Source: Porphyridium purpureum
Taxonomy: Eukaryota
Length of the DNA: 64,000 nt
NCBI GenBank assembly: GCA_008690995.1
Contig: VRMN01000001.1
Coordinates: 1,488,001 to 1,552,000 of the forward strand
Direction: 5' to 3'
Shown: positions 52,110-60,456 of the stretch, piece by piece
Numbering within the stretch: the first letter of the stretch is position 1
How the letters are laid out: each line of letters begins with the position of its first letter
Notes under the pieces: model-generated
Databases searched by the model: none
Told to the model about the DNA's origin: nothing
The model's input: the letters and a program-made list of their open reading frames with translations, nothing else
Translations under genes and position numbers: made by a program

Positions 52110-53021
52110 ATGAAGTGGCGCGCTCGCTCTCTGGCGGTCTTTCTCGTCGCCGTATTCTCGGTGGTCTCCGAGGTGGCGCGGGCCGATGTGGTCACAAATC
52201 TGAGCGTGCTGCAGGCCGTCACGCGTGACCCGCCGGAGGCCGGCTTTGTGGCGGATGCGTCAGTCAAGTATCCCATGATCATCAATCTCGCGTTCGGCAA
52301 GTCTGGCACAACGAGTTTAACGGAGACACTCAAAAAGATGGGCTTTAACCCTGTGCATTGGTACATCGGGTTCGAGCTCACTGACGCGCTAACTCAATTT
52401 GGCAGAATGGACTTGCTCGAAAATCCGTTTCCAAATGGCAGGAATAACTCTCAAGGCTATGCGCATGGCCGCATCGTCGATGTCGTATTGAATACCATCA
52501 AGAATGGCGAATCACTGGAGGTGCTGTCAGCTTTGGATAGCTCAACGGAGAACAAATTTAGAGCGTTCACCGAAATACCCATGTGGGAGTGGCCAGAGTG
52601 CAAGTACCCGCAGATCACGCATCTCGATGAGCTGGTCCGCTTGAACCCAAACGCTAAATACATTCTGACCGTGCGCGAGATTCACAGCCATGTTCACAGC
52701 ATGATCGAATGGCGCCACAAGCCTCGGGATATGGGCGGAGACATGGCCAGGTGTGCCAACCTGAGCCTCGAGAATGATCAAATCATGCAGCTTGAGCTCG
52801 AAAAGTGGGTTACAGACACCAACAACCAGTTGAAGAAGCGCATGTCTGCGTTCAGGCCGCCCGTGCCTCTGCTCGAGCTGGAGGTGTCCGAGGATCCAAT
52901 CAGCAAACTGATGTGGCACGTGTTTCCGGACGGGCGAGTGCCTCCCCAGGTCGAATACGAAATGAAACGGCGAAATGACCGTTTTCCAAGGACCAACGTC
53001 AACCAGAAAGCGCATGTTTGA
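52110..53021 (+). CDS. Secretory-pathway sulfotransferase-fold protein
   Basis: Signal peptide, IINLAFGKSGTTSL...MGF...HW and PNAKYILTVR. Confidence 0.75.
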   Translation: MKWRARSLAVFLVAVFSVVSEVARADVVTNLSVLQAVTRDPPEAGFVADASVKYPMIINLAFGKSGTTSLTETLKKMGFNPVHWYIGFELTDALTQFGRMDLLENPFPNGRNNSQGYAHGRIVDVVLNTIKNGESLEVLSALDSSTENKFRAFTEIPMWEWPECKYPQITHLDELVRLNPNAKYILTVREIHSHVHSMIEWRHKPRDMGGDMARCANLSLENDQIMQLELEKWVTDTNNQLKKRMSAFRPPVPLLELEVSEDPISKLMWHVFPDGRVPPQVEYEMKRRNDRFPRTNVNQKAHV

Positions 53022-53413
53022 TGGCAAGGCAGCAGCACACAGAAGCACAGCCGTGAGGAGAGCAAAATATGTAGATTGTCGCGCACATGCTAGCCGGTAG
53101 TAGATGATGGAAAAGGACCAGTGCGCTTGCTGTACGTTGGTGCCGACCTGCAGCGTGCGCGTCGCTGCGACAATGCAGGCATGTTGTGCGCAAATAAACA
53201 TGGCGGGCGTTTTTTTTTGTGGCGGAGTCGATGCAGACGGGAGAACCCATTGCGCAAGCCACAACCGACCCCCTGGTGACTGTACTTATCGATGGCTGAG
53301 TAGTGTACAGTTGCGTCTGCGCCAACTTTGGGCGCGAGGGGGAGGGTCACAGAGCGCACGGCATGCGATGCGCGACACACGCCAGACGTGGGCGCCCGGT
53401 CGTGCATTGCGTG

Positions 53414-54256
53414 ATGGTGGCGCGCGTCTTGTGGACCTATGTGTTCGCACTGGTGGCTGTGGGCGGCGCCGTTGCGTCAAGATGTGATCTATGCGCAGAA
53501 AACTGGCTCTTTATTCTCGGCGCCGGCGGCCGCACGGGCAGCACGACCGTGCTGACCATGTTTCGCCAGCTGCCGCATGTTGAGCTGGCGGGCGAGCATT
53601 GGGGCATCCTGGAGAAGCAGCGCGAGATGTACTCGACGCTGAGCCGTCTGAATCGCGCTCCATCTGCGTTTGTTGGCTACCCGGTCGACAAGCACGCGTT
53701 TGCGTGCGACACGCAGGAGTTTGTGAAGAATCTGGTGCTTGGAACTGAGCGCGAGCGCCTGCAGAGCTCGACACGCGTGCTCGGGTTCAAGGAAATCCGA
53801 TATGCTTCATACCCCATGCTCGGTTTCTTGCTCGAGATGTTTCCGTGCGCGCGCTTCATTTTTACTATTCGTGATGTGGTTGGAGATGTTCCCGTGACTG
53901 CGTATGGCTTCAGGCACGATCCGTCCGCGCTGAGAGCGCAGTGGGTCCGTGAGCGGTCGGTGGCGCGTACGATACACTCTAACTTTACGCAGACGACGGC
54001 GGTCTTCTCTGTGGACCACCTGCACGTCGACGCGTTCAACGACGTGCTGCACACGCTGCTGGGCGTGACCAACTGCAGCTATAACGGAATCATGTCGCGC
54101 AACTTGCGCGGCGCAATCACGCAGGAGGCCAGGCAGCGTAACAGGAGTGTGCTCAATGGCACGTGCGACCTTGGCGGCGTCGACTTTCGCATCTCCGCTG
54201 AACGGCAGGCGCACAACAAGGCGCTGCTTGCCGAGCTGGCGGGCAAAAAACAATAG
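53414..54256 (+). CDS. Secretory-pathway sulfotransferase-fold protein
   Basis: Signal peptide, FILGAGGRTGST, LAGE, GFKEIR and FPCARFIFTIRD. Confidence 0.8.
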   Translation: MVARVLWTYVFALVAVGGAVASRCDLCAENWLFILGAGGRTGSTTVLTMFRQLPHVELAGEHWGILEKQREMYSTLSRLNRAPSAFVGYPVDKHAFACDTQEFVKNLVLGTERERLQSSTRVLGFKEIRYASYPMLGFLLEMFPCARFIFTIRDVVGDVPVTAYGFRHDPSALRAQWVRERSVARTIHSNFTQTTAVFSVDHLHVDAFNDVLHTLLGVTNCSYNGIMSRNLRGAITQEARQRNRSVLNGTCDLGGVDFRISAERQAHNKALLAELAGKKQ

Positions 54257-54490
54257 CGCGTGCTGGAATTCTAACCGCGCGCTGTTTCCTGTGACGCCCG
54301 TTCTTGACTCGTCCACTGCAGGGGGTGCGCTGCGTCACTTGTTACATTCGCCTGGAACGCCAGCCGCTCTTCCGGATGGGGAGTACCTGTTTACTCTACG
54401 AGATCACGGCCAGTCTCTCCACACCGCCAGACCCGAACTGACCCAGCCAGACGCGGCCACGTCGGGAGCCGCAGCACCAATCTCGTCCTT

Positions 54491-54523
<33 letters not shown>

Positions 54524-54540
54524 GAGGAGGAGGAGGAGGA
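54491..54540. repeat. Compound microsatellite (CAG)10 then (GGA)n
   Basis: Read directly. Confidence 0.9.
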
Positions 54541-55369
54541 ATGGATGCCGCCGCCGCCGCAGCAACATCAGCACATCCACCAAGTGGTGCCGTGCGGCTA
54601 AATCTTTCGACGAACACACACACACACACACACACACACCGTCTCGCATTGCCGCACGCAGCGTGGGCCGCGCACTCCGCCTGCGTCGGGGAATCGCCTT
54701 TCCATGACGCGCCGCACAGTAAACGCGCCGAACCGCTAACCCCACGCGCCAACTGTACTCCGTGCTCGGAATTCGTTCCTCGCAACACCATCCGTGCTCG
54801 CATCCCGCGTAGAAACACGCCACACGCACCACACGTGATTCAGCCGCGCTCGCACAGCCTCGCGGCGGCGCTTGATCAGCGACCCTCACCACCCACCACC
54901 ACCACCGGCACCACTGCCGGCTCCGGCGCCGCGGCGGCGGCGCTCTTCCACCACACTGCCAGTCTTCGCCGCCAACATCTTCACCACCAGTCCTGGCGAT
55001 GAGAACGACAGTGGAACACAACCCGTACCGCCCGCCTCGAGACGGCTGCCTGTGTAGTGCGTGTTCTTCCTCTTGTTCCTCTTGTTCTTTGTTGTTGTTT
55101 GTTGTTATTTGATTGTGAACGCGGTGTGTTGGGGCGGAGTGTCCGCGTTTTTGGAGTGGCGGGCGTTTGAAACACACATGTGCAGACACATGTGCGTGGC
55201 GTGGCAGTGGAAGGGGGTTTTAGATACGGCGCATGACCCCAGTGGTGCACGTTTGGGATACCGAAAACGCGCACTGCGCCGCGTTGTGCGCACGTGGGGA
55301 ACAAACAGTGGCAGACACCAGGACGGCAACGACCGACAGACAGAGCGGCTGAGAGTTAGGGAGAGAGGG

Positions 55370-55505
55370 TGAGAGAGAGAGAGAGAGAGAGGAGAGTGCG
55401 GTGTGCGGTGGTGTGGTGGTGTGGTGGTGTGGTGGTGTGGTGGTGTGGTGGTGTGGTGGTGTGGTGGTGTGGTGGAGTGGTGGAGTGGTTGGTGTGGTTG
55501 GTGTG
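55370..55505 (+). repeat. (GA)n tract followed by a GGTGTGGT 8-mer tandem array in the leader of the Nudix gene
   Basis: Read directly; roughly 8 near-perfect units plus degenerate ones. Confidence 0.9.
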
Positions 55506-55517
55506 GGGAGGGGAGCG

Positions 55518-56639
55518 ATGTTTAGCAAGGTCAAGACGCTGTCGCGCGCAAAGAGCGTGCGGCGAAAGGGCGAGCCGGACGACAAGCCGCCTGGCTCCGG
55601 CACCGTGCTGCTGGTGGGCGAGCTCGCACAGGTGGCGGAGGTGCGCGACGCGTGCGGCACCGTCTCCGCGGCAAAGGTCGAGGCGTGCAAAGTCGATGAG
55701 CTCGCGGGAAAGCTCGCGGCCGCGACGTACGACGTCGTCGTGTTTGACGCCGCGCGCGACGGCGAGCTGTCCACCATCGTGCGCGGCTCGAGCAAGAACG
55801 CCAAGGAAAAGATGTTCGTCATCATGTACGGCAGCGAGTGCGCGGGCTCCGCAAAGAAGCGCCTCCAGGCATACGAGGACGGCGTCAATATGGTGACCGC
55901 CAGCCCGCAGGCCGTCGCCGAGGTCATGGCGTCCGTGATTGGCCGCTCGCGCGCAGGCCCCTTCACCTGCCCGCATTGCGAGGCAGAGGGCTTCTTCGAA
56001 GACGACTTGGTCGACCATATGCTGCTCTTCCACTTTAATGCGTCCAGCGAGGACGAAGTGGCGTGCCCCATCTGCCTCAAGGGCAAGTTCCAGAAGGGCA
56101 GCGCGCATCGCTCCAAGAACAATGTGTTTGTGCACGTCAAGAACGAGCACGGCAAGGTTAGTCGGGGCGAGGAGCCAGCAGAATCGAGGGCGCCAACGCC
56201 GGTCTGGCCGTTTGCGCTCGTCGTCGTCAAGAACGCGGCGGGCCAGTTCCTGCTCGTGCAGGAGTATGCCAGCTCGGGCTACTGGCTGCCGGCGGGCAAG
56301 GTCAACCCGGGTGAGGACATACAGGACGCCGCGCAAAGGATCACCAAGGAGCAGACTGGCATGTCGATAGAAATTACGGGCATCCTGCGCGCTTCGTACA
56401 CGCCGCAGGACCAGATCGCGCGCATGCGTGTGGTGTATCTCGCCAAGCCCACCGACGAAAGCCAGCCGCTCAAGACCATTCCTGACTATAACTCATTGGG
56501 CGCCGTATGGGCGGCCACGGCTGACTTGCCAGATCTCAAGCTGCGCGGTAGCGAACCGCGAGACTGGTTTCCGTACGTCACAAAGGGAGGTACGGTCTAT
56601 CCGCTCGACGTGATGAAGAGCGAAAGCGCTCCTGTCTAA
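55518..56639 (+). CDS. Receiver-like domain + Di19-type double Zn finger + Nudix-fold protein
   Basis: FTCPHC...DHMLLFH and VACPIC...HVKNEH, then FLLVQE...YWLPAGKVNPGE...RITKEQTG. Confidence 0.85.
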   Translation: MFSKVKTLSRAKSVRRKGEPDDKPPGSGTVLLVGELAQVAEVRDACGTVSAAKVEACKVDELAGKLAAATYDVVVFDAARDGELSTIVRGSSKNAKEKMFVIMYGSECAGSAKKRLQAYEDGVNMVTASPQAVAEVMASVIGRSRAGPFTCPHCEAEGFFEDDLVDHMLLFHFNASSEDEVACPICLKGKFQKGSAHRSKNNVFVHVKNEHGKVSRGEEPAESRAPTPVWPFALVVVKNAAGQFLLVQEYASSGYWLPAGKVNPGEDIQDAAQRITKEQTGMSIEITGILRASYTPQDQIARMRVVYLAKPTDESQPLKTIPDYNSLGAVWAATADLPDLKLRGSEPRDWFPYVTKGGTVYPLDVMKSESAPV

Positions 56640-57113
56640 CCCGCGTGGCTCGTCGGTTCGCTGGGCTCCGCACAGCGCGAAAAGGAGGAGAGAGGAGCCC
56701 AAGGAACAAAACGCTACTTTGGCACATGTTTCCTGAGGCCACTGCTTGATCGCGAGAGACGAGGGAATGGTCGCCTGCCAAAACAATACTACCTCATGAT
56801 GCTAAAGTAAATAAAACTATGAAAGTCCGCTCAGTGCAACATGAAGCTTGCGATCATGCAGGCGCGTCAGTTCCGAAAACCTGTGCGAAAGATCGGACCG
56901 GCCCGCGTTTCCTCGAGTATGCGTGGCGCGCCAAGCGTGCACCCAAGCAGGAAGCTGTAGCCGCAAGCCCGGCCGCGTCTCCTCGCTGACGGATGGTTTG
57001 CCTTTCGCATTGGACTCTGAACGATGCTTGGAAGCCGCGTGCCGAAATCAGCCGCACGGAATCAGTTTTACAATAGGCCTAGCACTACTCGGCTGTCTTC
57101 CAAATGTTGCTGC

Positions 57114-58814
57114 CTACAATGCGCAGTCAATGTTCAACGACGGCTGGACCCTAAAGAATGGCACTGTTTCCCCGGCTTCCTGTTCAACGACGTCTGCGTC
57201 ATTGCATACCACTAGATTGGCGCGGTGCCCGTTGCGCAAATAATTACTGACGAATTGAAGATTGCCGTAGCCTCGAGGGCGCATCACGCCGTTGAGCACA
57301 AGCGACAGGCCGAGCTTGCGCTCCTTCACCGGCTTGCTTGCCTCGCGCTGGATGCGCGTCAAAGCCTGCAGCTGCACGGTGGGCGAATCGTTAAACTTGA
57401 CTGCAAACTCACGCAGTACCGCTTCGACTTCGAGACGCGCTGTGTAAAAAGTCAGCTCGGGAAATGCCTCCGCGACAAGTCCAGAGGCGCGCCGTGTAAA
57501 CCAAGAGTCCATACCTTTGATCAGGGTGTCCTGGTCCGACGGTGCGACAGCACCATTCACCGAAATGCGCTGCGAGAGCTGATTCTTAAAACGCTTGAGC
57601 GTTTGATTTTGCAACAGCAGCAGCTGCTTATTGAACAGTGTGCGAAAGTTGTGCTGCACAAAGGTCGACAGGCGCGTTTGCTGTTCAGCCCGCACGGGCC
57701 ACTGCGAGAACAGGCTCGTTCCATCCGCATAGTCGCGCGACACTCGGCGCAACAAGCGATCCACGTCTTTTCCAAGCCCGCCCAGAAAGCACCCCTTCTC
57801 CGTATCAGAATACCAATGCCCGAATCGGCCACGAAGCTTTTTGTGCTGTTCGCTGAACACGGCGTCGCATCGGTACGCGGCGACGAGCTCGCGCTGGCTT
57901 GGAAGACTGGCGACCTGCTCGTCAGATAAATCGTTCCAAACCACTTCAGCGTAAGTTGCCAGTGCGTGCACTGGCACCGCCTTGCAGAACTCTGGCTTCA
58001 GTAGCGCTGATGTCTGGCCCGAGAGCCGTTGGCGCAATGCGTCAATGCCGGCGCGAAATTCAGTCGACCTGTAACGAATGTGCGGCAGGGTGACAAGCGT
58101 GAGTTCAAAGAGCACATCAAAGCCAGAGTCTTGATATGCGTCTGATTTGCTGACTGACTTCCAAAGCGACGTCATGTCATCCTCCACCATGCGCTGCAAC
58201 GTCTGCACGGACGATCCGTCGTCGTGATCGCGCACAACAAAGACCAGCGCTGTTCTTCGACCATCGTCGCGCGGAAAGATGCGGCAAAATTCAGACAGCA
58301 TGGTCCTGAGCAACGCATAGCCTGCAGCGTCATACCTGCCCAGATCTGAAGCATATACATTAAAGAAAATCACATCGGCGAGTGCGAGCGTAAACGAAAC
58401 ACACTGCGATGGGTTCCTGCTGCCAGCACTGCCCGACGCGGCGGAAGACGGAGCGGCGCTGGCTTCCTGGGATTCAAGGTCGAGTACAAGCAACGGCCGG
58501 CCGACATCAACGACACCCGGCTCCACGACGGATGCCCACACACCATGCGTGCCCGACGCGGCCGCGCGAGGCCCACATCGCACACCCAATTCAAACGATG
58601 CGTCAAACAGCTCGTTCAAAAGGGTCGACTTGCCGGAGCCTTTTGCGCCCACGGCTGCGATGCAGCAAACCTCAGCGTCGTCCGATTCGGCGCCGCCCCG
58701 CGCGACCAGCGCCTCCTGCAGCTGCTGCGCCACCTCGGCGCGCATTTCGCCGCGTCCGGACACCAGCTGCATCACGTCCACCTCTGCACTAGTGAACCCC
58801 TCATCTCCTTCCAT
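57114..58814 (-). CDS. RHD3/Sey1-like GTPase (atlastin superfamily), divergent
   Basis: GAKGSGKSTLLNELF, THGVW, VLDLE, DLGRYDAAGYALLR and FVVRD. Confidence 0.85.
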   Translation of the reverse strand: MEGDEGFTSAEVDVMQLVSGRGEMRAEVAQQLQEALVARGGAESDDAEVCCIAAVGAKGSGKSTLLNELFDASFELGVRCGPRAAASGTHGVWASVVEPGVVDVGRPLLVLDLESQEASAAPSSAASGSAGSRNPSQCVSFTLALADVIFFNVYASDLGRYDAAGYALLRTMLSEFCRIFPRDDGRRTALVFVVRDHDDGSSVQTLQRMVEDDMTSLWKSVSKSDAYQDSGFDVLFELTLVTLPHIRYRSTEFRAGIDALRQRLSGQTSALLKPEFCKAVPVHALATYAEVVWNDLSDEQVASLPSQRELVAAYRCDAVFSEQHKKLRGRFGHWYSDTEKGCFLGGLGKDVDRLLRRVSRDYADGTSLFSQWPVRAEQQTRLSTFVQHNFRTLFNKQLLLLQNQTLKRFKNQLSQRISVNGAVAPSDQDTLIKGMDSWFTRRASGLVAEAFPELTFYTARLEVEAVLREFAVKFNDSPTVQLQALTRIQREASKPVKERKLGLSLVLNGVMRPRGYGNLQFVSNYLRNGHRANLVVCNDADVVEQEAGETVPFFRVQPSLNIDCAL

Positions 58815-59328
58815 CGCACCCACTCGCTCTCACTTGCGCCCTCCCACGCCGCTTCCCAGATCGCAACGAGCGTCGGCTCACGTGTATTACTTTTTCCGAC
58901 GAGAACTGCCCCAAGTCGTAAACCGCCGATCGGACGCGCGGCCCGCGCGCTTGCTGCTCTCACAATGTGCTGCACAAGAGCGAGCGACTTGTGTTCTCCA
59001 CGCGCACCAACACGCCACACCCCCAAGCGCCGCCACAATCTCTCCCGATCTCACACGCACGCCGCCGGCCGCAACCCAGCGCCCCAAAACAAAAAAAAAG
59101 CGCGTATCGGTTTCCACCACTCCCGGGAAACCGATGAACCATATAAACCATTAAACCGTTCAGCACACCCCTGTTCAACACCAAGAACAATTAAAAAAGG
59201 AATAAAAATAGTTAAATAATATGTATTAAAAATAAAACCAAAATAACCGAATGAACCGAATCGAGGATTAGTTGGCAAGAAGAGAGAGAGAGAGAGAGGT
59301 TGTGGTGGTGGTGGGGCGTGGCGTGTGG

Positions 59329-60372
59329 ATGTGGCCGTCCGCAGTGAGAATGAAGCATGCCGGAGCAAACGAAGGGGCGCCGCTGCATGCGCGGAAGAAT
59401 CTGCGGTTTGCGTGCGACTCGGTATGCGGACATTCGGTCGGTGTTCGAACCGCCGAGGTGAGCAAGGTTCAGGTTGGCTTTGCGGCCTGCACGGCGCCGG
59501 ACACGGCTAGAGTGGCGAACACTGCACAGGTGAGTGCCGTGCGTGGCAGAGTGCATGGGCGGAGATTCGCCTCCACGCAGAGGCAAAGATGCTGCGTGCG
59601 CGCGAATGCGCGCGTGGTGATGCAAGGGAAGCCGCCCTCAGGAAGCCCCACAGTCGAGCAAGTCGGCGACATGATTGCTCGCCACGTGCTGGAAACATAC
59701 TTGTCTGGTCCTTTGGACCAATTGCAAAATGGCGCGGACCAGAAATGCAAACGCGTGCTTTTCGGAATCTGCGGTGTCCCCGGGGCCGGGAAATCCAGCA
59801 CGTGTGAGCGCGCATTCCGAACGCTCGGCAAGCTGGACAATGGCAGACTGCGTGATCGGGTCGCGATGCTGCCGATGGACGGATTCCACTTTTCGCGAAG
59901 TGAACTCGATGCAATGGAAGATCCGACTTCCATGCATGCGCGGCGCGGCGCCGAGTTTACATTCAATGCAGCATCCTTTGCGCAAAAGCTGCAGGAGGTC
60001 CGCGATGCAGTGGGTGAAAAAACTGTGAAAGCGCCTGGCTTTGATCACGCGCTAAAAGACCCTTCGCCAGACGTGCACGTGATTCCGCCATCCGTGCAAG
60101 TTGTGCTTGTCGAGGGCAACTACTTGCTGCTAGATACGGGGTTGTGGCGCTCGTGCAAAGTGCGGCAAATGTGTGATGAGGTGTGGTTTCTGGACGTGTG
60201 CCCTGTTCATGTGGCCTTGTCGCGTGTCAAGCGTCGTTTGATTACAGAAATAGGCCTGACAGAATCCGAAGCGGACAAGCGCATCCGTGACAACGACTCT
60301 TTGAATGCCGTTCAGATTTTGGATTCGCGCAAACATGCAGATCGCGTCGTGACAATGGCAGACTTTTTCTGA
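59329..60372 (+). CDS. YFH7/YggC-like P-loop kinase (PRK/uridine/pantothenate kinase fold) with N-terminal extension
   Basis: GICGVPGAGKS, PMDGFH, RRGAEFTF, PGFDHALKDP and VEGNYLL. Start uncertain. Confidence 0.88.
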   Translation: MWPSAVRMKHAGANEGAPLHARKNLRFACDSVCGHSVGVRTAEVSKVQVGFAACTAPDTARVANTAQVSAVRGRVHGRRFASTQRQRCCVRANARVVMQGKPPSGSPTVEQVGDMIARHVLETYLSGPLDQLQNGADQKCKRVLFGICGVPGAGKSSTCERAFRTLGKLDNGRLRDRVAMLPMDGFHFSRSELDAMEDPTSMHARRGAEFTFNAASFAQKLQEVRDAVGEKTVKAPGFDHALKDPSPDVHVIPPSVQVVLVEGNYLLLDTGLWRSCKVRQMCDEVWFLDVCPVHVALSRVKRRLITEIGLTESEADKRIRDNDSLNAVQILDSRKHADRVVTMADFF

Positions 60373-60456
60373 GATGGGCTAGCTCCCCCCCCTTATCCTT
60401 TTGCTTCGTGAAATCGCAAGAAGTCGAACAGCACAGCCTGCTGTAATGCCGATGGC

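Noticed and set aside
54404..55330. ORFs across the microsatellite-rich region
   Set aside because: Their translations are driven by CAG, GGA, CA and ACC repeats, with no coding signature.
29622..56639. Apparent NAD/RNA-cap metabolism cluster (sirtuin, NAD synthetase, Bin3, Nudix, plus ALPH further left)
   Set aside because: The genes are spread over tens of kb among unrelated housekeeping genes; chance co-location is likely without synteny or co-expression data.
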